A DNA stretch of 57,781 bases, filler included, from Platydemus manokwari (taxonomy: Eukaryota), in NCBI GenBank assembly GCA_037951405.1. It is 5 parts of 5 records of this genome, joined end to end, with 100 filler letters (N's around TTAATTAATTAA, not from the genome) between each part and the next. Parts side by side here need not be neighbours in the genome. Positions count along the whole stretch, not along the records: positions 18,355 to 30,080 come from JBBMOY010498886.1; positions 30,181 to 43,582 come from JBBMOY011740286.1; 3 more parts are not named here. One strand, 5' to 3'. The notes beneath the pieces were generated by a model, which searched no databases, had not been told where the DNA came from, and worked only from the letters and a program-made list of their open reading frames with translations. Within the stretch, counting starts at the first letter, position 1. Every line of letters begins with the position of its first letter. Below, one piece after another: positions 25,639-39,219 of this stretch. Made by a program: the position numbers and the translations under genes.

Positions 25639-28163
25639 ATGAAAATCATTAAAAAATCTATTTTTTTAATTATTTTTCTTATTCAAATTGAACAAAGGAT
25701 ATTTGAATTAAGTGACGAAGAAAAAGAACTTATGCTTAAAGTTCATAATGAATATCGAAGGTATGTAAATCCGACTGCCAGAGACATGATGTATATGGTA
25801 AGAATGATTGATTTATTAAAGACTTTTGTAATATTACGTTTTATTATTAATCTGAAATTTGAAAATTGTAGAAAATTGCATTATACACACTATATAATTG
25901 CGCTATTATTTCCACTTAATTTTCATTTTGTTGACATGCGTTTTCAAGTTTTCCACTCACGTTTAATAGTGTTCATGATCTATCTTTGTTATTTGTAGAG
26001 ATTATATGAAGAGTTAAAGTGTAATAAATGTGGTCATAGGCGGTTCATATAATAACTGAGAATACCTAGTTACAATTAAAGTCATAATTTGAGGATTAGA
26101 TTATACATCGTTAATCATTATGACTTTATTCAAACACTGTGGGATTATTTAATATAGATACCAATTTCGCCTGTGCTAGTGTAGTCAGCCTAACGTCACT
26201 AATGAAGAACAGTAATAAATCCAATTTTATATCTTAGATCCAAATAATGTATTACCATTTGTCCGAATTTTTTAAAGTTGATGTTTGATATACATTTTTA
26301 TGATAGATCCCAACATTATCAATATGTTTGCTTCAATCCACTCAGGCATTTTCTTAGAATTTTAGGTCCCGATATAATGCTCATTTAAATATTAAAGGTG
26401 CGATATCATCCTACTATTTATGAAAATGTTCTCAGTTCTTCTCAGATAATCGTGTTAAAAGCTTGAAATCTTGATAGGATCAATAGCATCGGATTCTTTT
26501 AATTTCATATGACGAAAACTACTCAGAATATGTTTTCTACATAGATTGTGCCTATGACCTTATCTTTCGCAAAATTTCCATCGTTATCAATACTAAGCTT
26601 TTCAATCATCGAAGAACTCTGTATTAAAACCTGTGCAGAGAAGTTATCAATAAATTAAAAATTATTATAGTTATTATTAATATTAATAATATTATGATGA
26701 TTTATATTATTTATTGTTATTTAATTTCCAAATTTTCGAAAGAAATAAAATAACACATTCCAGAAATGGAATGATACATTATCAAAATTGGCACAGAAAT
26801 GGAGTGCAAGATGTAAATTTGAACACCCAAGAGAAGATAATCAAGAATATGCAAATTATGGCCAGAATCTCTATGAAGTGACAACAAACGAAGTAAACAA
26901 TTCGATAGATCCACTAGATGCTCCAAAACACTGGTCTGATGAGTTGAAAAATTATAAATATCCATCAACATGTAATGGTGTCTGTGATCGATATATTCAA
27001 GTATTTCAACATCAAATTTAATAAATTATTAACTCACAATGTTAGATGATTTGGTCTGAAACGACTGATTTAGGTTGTGGTCAAGCGACTTGTCCATTAA
27101 CTAAAGATTCTGTGATGTTTTTGATTACTTGTCAATATTGGAAACGGTGATTATTTGATGTTTAATGCATGATAAATCTAACGATTTCTTATTTGTTAAC
27201 ATTAGCCACGCAAAGATAGTATTGATTGATTTCCATAATTTGAAAATCTAGTGAGCAGTTTGTGAGCACTTCAAACTGAATTAAAATTTTTAAGACTTAA
27301 TTTTGTATTTTCTATAAAATTTAATTCTGTATGAAATATTTCTGTATACAATTAAAATTATTTATTTAAATAATTGTATTTAAAAAATAAGTTGGTGTCA
27401 TGACTTTTCAGCTCGTTTTTAATGTGTGATTTTTAAAATAGTAGCCATTTTTCATGGTGACCGTGCTTCAGGATTCAATTCTGAGAAGATCGATGACTGA
27501 AAATTATGAAAAAGAAGGGAAATGATGTTGAGACTATACAGAGAATATATAAAGATGTAGAATAGATGTAAAGAAGAAAATATAAGTTAGATATAAATAA
27601 GATGTAGAAATGATATAAGGACGATTTAGAGAAAATATAAAATAGATAGAAGAATTAGAAAAATTTATGTAGATGCAAATGTGAGTATTCAATACAATGC
27701 CAGTTAAGAATACAAAGAAAATCAAAGATTTTAAAGAAAGGGGGACGTGATTAGATTTTATATAAGATTTAATTTTTTATAGAATATTTTTGTATAAAAT
27801 TTAAATAATTTGTTTAAATAATTGTATTTGAATATATTTTGGTGTCGGGATTTTTTATTTCGTTTTTAATTAGTGGTTTTTTACATAGTAGCAGCTTACG
27901 CACTTAATAAAATCAGAATAATTTTTCAGCAGTTAACTTTTATTTTTTATGTAAAATTTTACGGTTTCTATTTGACTTTTAGAGGAAATTTAGATGATCG
28001 TTCTCCGTATAATCCAGGGAGACCATGCTCGAGATGTCCAGACGGTTATTACTATTGTTTAAACAATATGTGTACCAAAACATCAATGATGATCAACAGT
28101 TATGGAATTAAAATAAACATTTTCATTGTGATGTTCTCTTTTCTAAAGGTCCATCAATTTTGA
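25639..28163 (+). CDS. CAP/SCP superfamily secreted protein (GLIPR1/PI16-like); exons 25639-25797, 26764-27000, 27046-27146, 27983-28163
   Basis: Signal-peptide-like N-terminus, then MLKVHNEYRRYVNPTARDMMYM|KWNDTLSKLAQKWSARCKFEH, YGQNLY, CDRYIQ|MIWSETTDLGCG, CQYWKR|GN...PYNPGRPCSRCP. All junctions are GT-AG and keep the frame. Hydrophobic C-terminal tail. Confidence 0.93.
27290..27895 (+). mobile_element. TRIM-like miniature LTR retroelement (tandem LTR-PBS units) in CAP intron 3
   Basis: About 120-bp diverged direct repeats (about 27325-27447 and 27770-27893), each containing a PBS-like TGGTGTC (27393, 27840). A purine tract AAAGAAAGGGGGA (27733-27745) lies immediately before the second repeat. 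The internal region is non-coding. Confidence 0.45.
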
Positions 28164-28457
28164 TTTATCATTTTTAACTTTTCTCTTAAAAATAAAGATT
28201 GAATCAGTTTTAAAATAATTCTGATGATTATTAATACAAATATTCTTATCGTTAATATAATTTGTTTAAAATGAATTATATTTGACATTAGAAATTATTG
28301 GAAATTATAAATAATTAATAATATTTATAATTTAATTTTAATAATTTAGTAATATTTATTATAAATCATTTTTAGTTATTATTTTGTTTTTAATAATAAA
28401 ATAATTTACATTTTATTTTTATTCAAAAATGTTAAACTGATTGAGATTATTAGGATT

Positions 28458-28944
28458 GGCTTAAATTAAGAAAAGCGGTCCTCTGACCTACTTTCGTAAT
28501 AATGAATTTTCGCGCATGAGATAATTTTAGAACTTAATTTTACATATAATTTAGATGTTTGATTTATTCGTATAATTCAGTTAATATCTCAGGATGTCTA
28601 ATAGCGACAGAATATAGTTTCAAAACCAAGTTCCTAATCTAAAATTGTAAAAATTGAGAGTATCTCTCAAATTGCTTCTAATGTTAAAAAAGGGGTCCTA
28701 ACTAGTTTTCAATGAATTGTAATTCGACCTACTTTGATATATTTTTCAATTAATCAAATTTTACGATATTTTCAGGCTCTAGTGTATATAATATTTTATA
28801 TCAAACAACTTAAATTCTTGATATGTACTTAAATAAAAAATTCAAAATATTTTTAGAGTTTAATTAAATAAACTATATAAATTTTTGCAATACATTCAAC
28901 AAATTTAAAAATTAATTTTAGGATCTCTTTTCTTAACTTTAACC
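28458..28944. mobile_element. Non-autonomous DNA transposon with GG-terminated ~25-bp TIRs; a second copy of its right part lies at about 43683-43772
   Basis: GGCTTAAATTAAGAAAAGCGGTCCT versus the right end on the minus strand, GGTTAAAGTTAAGAAAAGAGATCCT. The block TAATTAAATAAACTATAT..ATTTTGCAATACA.TCAACAAATTTAAAA is shared by 28861 and 43701. Confidence 0.5.
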
Positions 28945-29274
28945 TAGATTTTAAAAAAGAAAATGCATTGGTTGGATTGAAATTCTATAATTTGTTGACA
29001 AATCAAACTTGAAAGGAAAAAACACCAGCTAACATGACAACCACTCATTTCAGCACACACATGGACTGATTCATGTCAGAAACATATTGACGTGCAGAAT
29101 GTTTTGAATCATTTGTTAAGAGCTGATGGTGATATTTTGAACATTCCAAGTTGCTCACATTATTAATTGCCATCCATGATAATGATAATAATAAATGAGA
29201 AATATCAATAAATAATTCGAACACAATTGATTATAGATCTAATTCTTTGTTTGTATTTGTAAATTTCTGTTCAG

Positions 29275-29980
29275 GGTGGTTCTTCATTTGAATCTCTAAA
29301 CATGGCAATATCTGGCAGTAAATCAACACCGTTGCCCATTGCTAGTGCCAATAGAACTCAATTCACTATTAAAATGGAATCCATGGAAACCAATCATTCT
29401 GTGAAAAAAATCCAGCAAATGTTTCTATCGAAACCGGATCTGGTAGAAATCAATACCAAAATCATCAAACAACTTCTCGTATCAGCGATCTTTCTTGGTA
29501 AAATAATAAATTTCAATTTTCATTTTGATGTTGACGGGTTTTTTTTTATTAGAAAAAATTCTGAAAATCAATAATATTGATTTTGTCTGGGATCGATTAA
29601 TTGATTGGATAATACTCTGTATGAATTGGCCTTTCAGAATGAATTTGATCATCAATTTTCTCGTCGACGAATTTTCCACAATCAATCCAAAATCGAGCTT
29701 GAAAAAGTTGCACGAAGATATCATGGAATATTTAAAATTCGAAAATCTCAACAATAAAGATTTCCTTTTATTAGCTCAAGATGATAAATCTTTGGAAATA
29801 TTTGCAACTTATATAACATCGGAGTCTTTCACAAATTTGAGTATTGATGAAATCAAAACCTTTACTAAACATAGTTCTTTTCTAAATCCGTACGTCCAAT
29901 CAGTTATTATAGGTGATTTTATTTTCTGTTTAGATTATGTTGTGCCGATATTTTGTTGGACGCTATTTTTTAATATTATG
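29275..29980 (+). CDS. Partial spliced gene of unknown function (exons 29275-29497 and 29553-29980)
   Basis: TTCAG acceptor at 29274. A 55-nt GT-AG intron joins two stop-free frames in phase (…AIFL-E-KILKINNIDFVWDRLIDW…). Donor GTGAAG at 29981, followed by a microsatellite and a gap. No recognisable domain. Confidence 0.55.
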
Positions 29981-30042
29981 GTGAAGTTTCCTAACCAAAA
30001 TTTTATAACAGTAATAATAAGAATAACAATTATAATAGTATT

Positions 30043-30077
<35 letters not shown>

Positions 30078-31689
30078 TAANNNNNNNNNNNNNNNNNNNN
30101 NNNNNNNNNNNNNNNNNNNNNNNNTTAATTAATTAANNNNNNNNNNNNNNNNNNNNNNNNNNNNNNNNNNNNNNNNNNNNAAGACTATCAAAAATCCGTA
30201 AAAACAATTACAATATTATGTAATAACAAGACTTTAAAATCTAAAAAATATTACAAAAACTCATTTCGACATGTAAACAAATTATATAAATTTTATAAAA
30301 CACTTTTCTTAATGAATTTTAAATATTAATTCCAGTATTATCAAAAGGAATCTTAAAGCTAACATAGTTATACAAAACATAACCAATATAAATGATTTAC
30401 AATTTAAAATTATTGTTATTATTAAAAATCTTATTTTTGTAAAGTTTACAAATTCTGAACTCTCATAATTATTTAAGCAAATTTAAAACGCCTAAGAAAT
30501 TATTTAATATAATTATACATTTAACTAGAGATTTGTTAGTAATCTCATCGAATGTAAAATAAATTTATATTCATTTCATATTTCAAATAGCTTGATTAAT
30601 TTTTTACATTCTAACTTTATTCTAAGTTCTTTTAATTGATTAATACCTTATCCTCGTATCAGTAGAATATTACCATTTTAATCCAAACCTATTTCATCTG
30701 CAATTAATATATATGAAAAAGTTAGTTAATTTACAAAACAAATCATTCACAACTCAAGCCACTTAAATTCTCTAGGCTCACGAATTATCCATTTGGTTTT
30801 GTTTACAAAGAAACTATTTTATTACCTTTTAAAGTAAAATCTTGTGATTATTGAGAATTCAAAAATACGGCAAACTAAACAAAATGGCCAGAAACCATTA
30901 CAAAACAATAAATTTGATCAAAAATAAGTATATAAATAACTTTATATAATTTATTGAAATATTTAAACAATTCATTATTTCTCATTTATTTGACTTTCAA
31001 TTCATATTTTAAGAGAAATAATTAGTTTATATTTAATTTAATAATTTATTATTTTCTTAAAAATTAAAAAATCATTTTCAATCAATAAATATTGTAAAAA
31101 TAATAATTCAAAATTAATAAAAAAAAAGTATTATGGAGATTGTTTTGAAATTAGTTATTTCACTATTTTTGTATGCCTATCAAAATTATGTTACATTACA
31201 CGTTTGATTATGGATTAAAAGTTGGTAATTAATTATATAATATTTATTTCTATTTTAGTTGAAATTGAAAGGCTAACTAATAACTAATTTACAATTAATA
31301 AATCACAACACTATTCTGTTACTTCTCGTTTGCGTCTGTTTAAACGGTGTACATACAAATACGGTAAATAAATAATAATGAATGCCACTAAATGAAAGCT
31401 TCGTAATTTGATAGAGCAAGCACAATTAATAAATAATAATATCGAATGTCTGATGTATAAATTTCACAATTATTTATAGTCAATATAATAGTAGATGTAA
31501 ATGTATAATTTGATGTAGTAAATATTCCTGTCTCCGAAAATTTTGAAATACTCATACAGTAATAGATAAATCCGTGAGGAATGATATCACAAAGAAATTG
31601 GTTAAATGATGTTATAAGAAACTGCATTTTAATCACTAAATAAAATTAATTCTACGAATTAAATTAAAATTTAGAAAAAATTCGGCTAT

Positions 31690-33000
31690 ATATTAAATTA
31701 TATAAAGATATTTTTTAGCGGATTAAATTTGAAATCGATTTGTCTCTCGGTTGAAAAAGCTTGTCTAACCTAGTATCATTAGTTGCTACTATTTTGAAAA
31801 TATTGTAATATCATTTGTATAATGTTTAAGATTTTGGGATCGATAGTTTACTTTATTTCGATATCTGATTCATACTTTCACTTGTTATAAATCTCTTGGA
31901 GTTCTCACAACCCTTGGGTATCTACTTAACCTAATATTATGGTGTTTTTTCGCCTTAATCAACTCCAATCCACGTATCAAGACGGGATGAACAGCTCTAG
32001 ATATTGATATAATGATTTATATTATTTTTAATCCTTAACTGCCTCAACTTTATCTTGCCAAAAAGGTGATTACTTGATTTTGATGATGATAATATTTACA
32101 GAAATGATTGTGGAACCTAATGGCACTTTTCGTTTTAATGCTAAAACTAAATTCCGTGATAAATACATGTCTATTAATATAAATTACTGCGATTATACAG
32201 CGATAACAATTATTTTACAAATTACTGCTTGTATACACTTAATAAAAATTAGGTTTCACAACTACTTTATACACATAAACGACAAGGTGCTTACAATTCC
32301 GGAAAAGCTCTGGTTAATATCTCTCCCACTCGGAGTAAAACCAATTACACAAGTTGTTTGGGATTGACCCTATAAATAGGAAGAATATGCGGTTGTTTAT
32401 AAATTATAGATCATTTTATATTTATGGGATCTTTCTTTATCTTCATATGGAAAGGATGTTCTTCCAGAGCTAGTACTCGGCTGGGTCGTAATGCTGATGT
32501 AATGTATTATCGCGCTTCGTATAAAATAGCTGTGTTGATACTGTTAATGTGTCAAGGTGTTGTTTGCTAAGTGCAGTTACTCTGCGAATATTTATTTAAT
32601 ACAATGCATATATGTTTTTTGCACTGGAATTTATTTAAGCAGAAAGAAATTCTTAGCAAATAATTCAACTACGGCAGAGAGAAATTCTCTGTGATTATTA
32701 AATACGTAGCTTTTTATTTAATGAGTGGATGTTTATTTAATGCATGACTATTAAATTTATTCTAGCTGTATATTTTATCTATAGTGCGTGATAATACATA
32801 ATGGGTTATTTCTAATTACTATTTTATGAGCATTTTTTATTATAAGGAAAATTTTTAAAAGGTTTTAAATTGTAATATTTTAAGGGTTATTTTAAACGGG
32901 TAATATAATATTATTTTGGGTATAATTTATATTGTTTTTGCAACAAAAAATTATTCAATATTATGTTGGGATTTTGACACAACAATTAATTCACTTTGAA
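31690..33000 (+). repeat. Unclassified interspersed repeat family, copy A (decayed ORF plus conserved non-coding tail)
   Basis: 32263-32392 aligns with the reverse complement of 51561-51697. 32623-32790 aligns with the reverse complement of 33333-33417 and 51205-51336. Boundaries approximate. Confidence 0.6.
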
Positions 33001-33149
33001 AAACTGTGAGCTACAGTGTATAAATTTTTATAACTATGCATGACGATACGTATAAAATGTGTATTAATTTTTATTGTAATTATTTTTATTTAATCAGTAT
33101 GAAAACGAGATTGAAATATTGATATTTATAATAATTATTGTTTGTATAT

Positions 33150-34330
33150 GTATAAAATAATAATATCAATTAAACCCACCTAGATCAAGTCCATTGAAAT
33201 TCCCTAAATAATAAATTAATTTATAAAATATCAACACTAAATAAGATATCGAGCAATAACAGCGACTAATAAATTGCAATATATTATCGCGCACATAAAT
33301 TCTGTTACAGAATAAAATAATCACTCGATTCAATTTAATCGAGAGATATTTTCTCTGTGTAATAAATTTATTCAGAGAGAATTTCCCTTACCAGCGAATA
33401 AATTCTATCGATAAAATAATAAATTCACTGACATTAGATTTAGTCTGTGAGTGATTCCATCACTGAAGTCGCAGTTACACGGCCATCAATTATCGTACAC
33501 TGGAGAAGCTATTACTTCACATTTCAATAAGTGCACAATAAAAGAGCATTCAGTGCGGAAGGACGGGATTTTTATATGCCCAGTATCTTAAAGTGAGACC
33601 CCCAAGTAAGATCTATTCGTGTAAAATACTGGTCAATATTATATTACGTTTCGTATTATTATTTTATTATCGAGTTTTGATTCAAAAACCCCTCTTCAAT
33701 GTAATTGGTTCTATTCTGCTAATGGGAGTATAGTGTAGCATTAAAACCAATTTTATTATTGTAATGTTTATATTAATTGTTGTATCGGTGTTTTAATAAC
33801 AAACCTTAGTGTAGCAAAGTGTGTTATCAATTGGAGTTTTGTTAGATAGATCATATAGGCAATAAGATAGTGTATAATTTGAGACTGATATCATTAAAAT
33901 CATCAAGATCATTGTTGCCGATCATACTATCTCCATATAAAACTGATCATGAGGTAAAGAAAGAAAACATAAGGTTTGATAGATTGCACATTGGGCTTAA
34001 TTAGGACTCATTGAGACTGATCAAGACAATAGTGATCTTCAAGGAGTTAAAATTAGAGACTGATAATAGTAAAACAAAATACCACAATCACGTGAATTAT
34101 TCAAATTTTATTTCAAACAGAATACTTTTATACATCGATGCAATGGTGGGTTGAATACACAATATCAAGGATAAAGATTAAATAACATAACGAAGTCAAC
34201 ATCTCCAAATAATTGTCATAAAGTCGATTTTTTTTCAATACCCTTAGGTAAGACGTTTGTTCGTTATTAACCCATTGTTATCCATCAAAATTAAAGCCGG
34301 TTGATCACAATATTAAACAACATGGATAAA
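33150..34330 (-). repeat. Unclassified interspersed repeat family, copy B (inverted, tail-to-tail with copy A)
   Basis: ATTTAATCGAGAGATATTTTCTCTG...GAGAATTTCCCTTAC...AATAAATTCTATCGATAAAAT (33333-33417) matches 51248-51336. The ORF part is only weakly similar. Confidence 0.5.
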
Positions 34331-37300
34331 ATGAACAAGGACTTCTAACTAGTATGATAATATTCATTTCACTTTATTATTTTTTTCAATTATAATTTCT
34401 CAAAATGGGATTCATTTGAAAAAAATTAATTTCCGAATCTTAGTTCACTGTATATTAACCGAGAAAATTTCGTACAACACTGTCCAAAACGACCAACAAT
34501 AACAACAACAATAAAACAGCAACTTATCTGATAATTAAATAGATGATTAAATATTATTAAAGTATTGCGGATTTGGTTTTATTTAAGTTTGATCTAACTT
34601 AACCTAAAATACAATATACTTGCCTAAAATATCCAACACAAAACAACTTATTGTTTCCTGACCCTGGATTTGGGAATGAAGGTAACTATTGTTCCAGAAA
34701 AAAATTATATTATTATCTGTAGACAATAGGATGGAGTGATTCTTACACGCATTCTGTTATCAGCTCCAGAAACAAAAGGAAATACAACTTGATTTGTTCA
34801 TTATTTATCTGAATTTAAGATTCGATCATGTTAGCCCAATATTTTTAATATATACTGTTTGATATATTCTATAATATTTATTGTAATTAATAATCAACAC
34901 AATGAGAGGTTACAATTCAAGTCGTGGATTTCAAATTTTTAAAATCAATAATTAGTTTCGATTCTATTGTCATGCGTCGCCAGTCTTCGAATAAAATTTG
35001 TGACAGACTGTCATATTTATAATAGAAAAGCATGTTCAAAATGAGCTCATAATATATGTTTAATTAAATCATTTCTCATGAGCTTCTAAAATGTGGTGAT
35101 TTTTGTTTTTATCCATGCTCCTTATATGGTCTAATTATCTTTACGATTGCTTTTCACTTACACCGTACTTAAGTATATATTATACCATATTAGTTTTCAT
35201 TCCCTTAAAAATACTATCGAAATTAAATTCATTCTAATGTAGTCAAATTATTGTTTGACAGGTATTCGAGGTCAAAAATAAATTTCTAAAATATTTTAAA
35301 AAACAAATTTCCTTTTGTAAGTTTAACTAATTAAAATTTTTGACAAAATATTAATCCATTGTTACTGGAGTTATATTTTAACTTACATTACGAAATATTG
35401 CGTTTCTTTCCGATTCAAGTATTATATAAAATCGAGGACTGTCATACAAACTAAATAAATAACTGATATCTAGTTCAAATTGTCAATCCCATGTTTAAGA
35501 GATATTTCAATAACAATTGTATGGCTCAAAATAAATTTTAAAAAACCTATAATCAAATAATGAATATTGATTTTTCAGGAAAAATAATTTTGAATAAATA
35601 ATAATTACGAATTTAAGTGAAAATCTTCCAAATAAATATCTACAATCGCATTTAGCAACTATCAATCCGGCTTTGTTAAAAAGCGAAATAATAAATATTT
35701 AGAAATACAAAAAAGTTAATTTTTTCCATTCAGTCCAGTTAATCAGTCAAGGTGGGAGTTAAGTTAAATTTTTATTCGATTATAAGCTTCGGGCAAAAAA
35801 TTTAACTGTAAATAGTCGAGCAATTTTACGTTCTAATGTGTGAGCCGGTACTATTTTATAAGGCAATAATTGAAATTGAACTAAAATTCAGGACACCAAA
35901 TTATATTTAAACACAATCATTCAAATTAATTAACATTTTATAAAAATCTAATTTCAAAATTTTTCAAATTTCAACTTTTTAGAAATCCTCACAGTAATAG
36001 CTATGGCGTTTGATTTAGTGGAATTCGAATCACAAATCTAATATTGTTAACATCGATGATATCGAAATGATATAAACTGATGTGTGGCACAAGCAAACTA
36101 TTGTTGGGTGTTTCAAAAATATTCATTAAGAGGTAACAAGAAGATTAATTGTGTGGAATATTATATTTGATATATGTGGTTGATAAGTATAAACGAATTT
36201 TTCGACCACTGGAATTCGTTATTCATTGTTTGAAGTTGTATAAAAAGCTGTGATATTAAGCTTTAAGTTATTAATATAAATATTTATACGATATAAGCAG
36301 GAGTAAGGACAATAAATTTTATTTTCTACTTTCAACGGTACTTTAAGTATTTCTTGTGTTTTGAAGTTGGATTACGATGTTCTGTGATGGGTCCTTTATT
36401 GGATGAAAGGTTACTAAATTGGTTTAACTGGCCCTGGCTTTGGTAAAAAATACCTTTATGAAAAATAAAAAGGTAAGAATATTCTATTTGAATAAGATTT
36501 CAATAAATTAATGATAAAACGTATCCCTTACGAGGAGCTTCATTGACAAAAATAAATATAATGATCAGAATGTCAAAATTAAATGAAATAAAACAATGTT
36601 TAATAACTATAGTTTCAGTTCTGTCTTTGTGGATTTTTTAATGAAAGGTTTTGAATGAATTCTTAACTCCGTGGGTTTATAAGGAAAGGTTTGCGGAAAT
36701 GAAAATTCAATGAGGTTGTTAATTGGTGTGACGTTGTTATTCTCCCAAAGGTCTAGTTAAATAACCATGACAACAACCTTGTTTGCATGGTTACATTAGT
36801 ATTTCTTTTTTAGAAACAGAAGTAATAATAATAACATATTTAGCAGATTTTTGTTGAATCATAAAAATTCCTTCGTATCTAAAAATAGATTATATTAAAC
36901 CTATAAATGAAACAAATAATTAAAAGATCTAAAAATACTGGACAATAATGTTTGAACTTAAAAATAGTACTACAAAAAATACCAAAATAGAAAAAAGGAA
37001 AAACATAAATCCAATTCATATAAATAGAATTACAAAATAGCAAAACGACTCCTAAAAAATTTAACACTTAGTTATGTCTTCACTGTGCTTAGTTATTTTT
37101 CTTTTAGTGCATTTCAAGTTTATTCCATTAGGACAACTTGAAATCCCAGATGGTTTTATGTTCGTGATGCATATCCAAATATTTTGTGGAGTAGTTCTTT
37201 TGTGTGTTTCAATTATTACAAGGTGAAGCTCCTGTGTTTATTGAGGAGCTTATTTATTCATGTTCATTATTTTCTTGGTCGATTTTAGAGTAATTAAACC

Positions 37301-38419
37301 AATTATAATTATAAGTACCAATAATGACAAATGATAATAAGCGATATGAGTTATTTGTTCCGAGTGGAAATTTTATATTTTTTAATTTCGTGAAAGTCCA
37401 CACAACTTTGTTTAATAAAGCATCACTTGCTGATGAATTTTATCAATTAAAATAATTAGGTAATACATTAATTTATTTATAAATTATGATTAGTTTTGCT
37501 TGTTATATCAGGTTATTATTGTGCACTTAACTTAGTTCAGTCAATATTTATATCAATAATTGCCGATTTTCTAGATTCAGTAAACATGGTTGCTTTATTT
37601 GTATATAATTATGTTTGGTTCGGTTATTTGATAATCGAAAGTTGTCAGATATGCATATCTGACAAAAAACATTTACTTTTTTGTAATTATTTAATTTGCC
37701 TTCACAGATCAGCAAATTTGCTAGATATTTATAATTTTGCTATTTATTTAAAAGTATTAAATATTTTATCTCTACATATTCATTTGGAAATTGATGAGAT
37801 AAAATAATAATAGATATGGATTAATAAAAATAATAATAATAATTATTATTAATATGAAATATATTAGAGCGAATCAAATAATTAATTGTATATATTAAAT
37901 ACAAAAACCATTTAATCCCAATCTAATTGGTATTGAATTAATTCCAGTTACCAAAAATAGAAAATACTAATGGAACACACGAGTAATAAATAATGCTGAT
38001 AATAAAAATATCTAATATTAATCAGCTAAATTATATATAAAATAACAAAAAACTCATGAGGAATTTTATAAATTTTTTTAATAATTTCTACTGAAATAAA
38101 ATATTCATCCACAAAATGTTGAATAACATTGTCGTGATAAAATGANNNNNNNNNNNNNNNNNNNNNNNNNNNNNNNNNNNNNNNNNNNNNNNNNNNNNNN
38201 NNNNNNNNNNNNNNNNNNNNNNNNNNNNNNNNNNNNNNNNNNNNNNNNNNNNNNNNNNNNNNNNNNNNNNNNNNNNNNNNNNNNGAAATGCAAGATAAAA
38301 GGAAAGATTTATACTTGTAGAACAAAAGAAATATGATGCCATGTGAAGATTTCGACATTTTCAAATAAACCACTGTTGGTGTTGCTCAATTTTGAAACTT
38401 ATGTAATCATTATTAGGTA

Positions 38420-38960
38420 TTATGAATAGATTTAGTAAACCAGTAAGTTTAATATCACTAATTGGACAAGATGAGACTTGCATATTTAACTTAATTATCA
38501 ATGGTTGGAATTATAGGTGCTGTTCCACTTACTCGATACTCACTATCGTAGTAAAGGTTTTGAAGACAAAAAGAGGAGAGAGTCGGCAATACATTTTGGA
38601 ATAATACAAGGTTTGACTTCCCATTATCAACACCAGTCAAATGCTTTTGCCGAAAGAATGACCAGAACAGTTTGAAAGGTGCTTCCGACGACGGTGACAG
38701 CAGAAAAGTAGTCTTCCCATAAATTCATTTCCCAAATTGAATTTATCATCAACAAAACGTATTAGAGATCAATTCAGTATCCACACTTCAAAATTTTGTT
38801 CCGAAGACGAATTTATATCCATGGTTGCGGGTAAATAAATCAAGTTATCGTGGGAAGATCATTATAAGTATTGAAAACCAGCTCAAATAAGTGGTCATAA
38901 ACTCAGGAAAATTCGATATTGAAAGGAAAGATGGTCAAATTTTAATCATCGGGGAAGATA
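38420..38960 (+). pseudogene. Ty3/gypsy integrase relic
   Basis: LTSHYQHQSNAFAERMTRTV*KVL matches the T.PYHPQSNG.AER.NRT motif. Disrupted. Confidence 0.6.
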
Positions 38961-39219
38961 TTTCAGCAAATAAGGATAACCACACAAAATAAAGAAGAAA
39001 TTTAATAACCGCAACTGAATTATGTATTTACAATCTAGTTTTCGTGAGTTAATTTTTGTTTAAAAGCCCTTTTATTTTTACCTTCACTGATTTTGACAGT
39101 GTCTCAAATCAATTTAATAGGCATGAATAATTTATTATTTATTGGGTTATCGGTTGGTGGAGTATTAAAAATATAAAACCATGGTAATACAATCTAGGAA
39201 TTGGTAATCATTTTTAATA

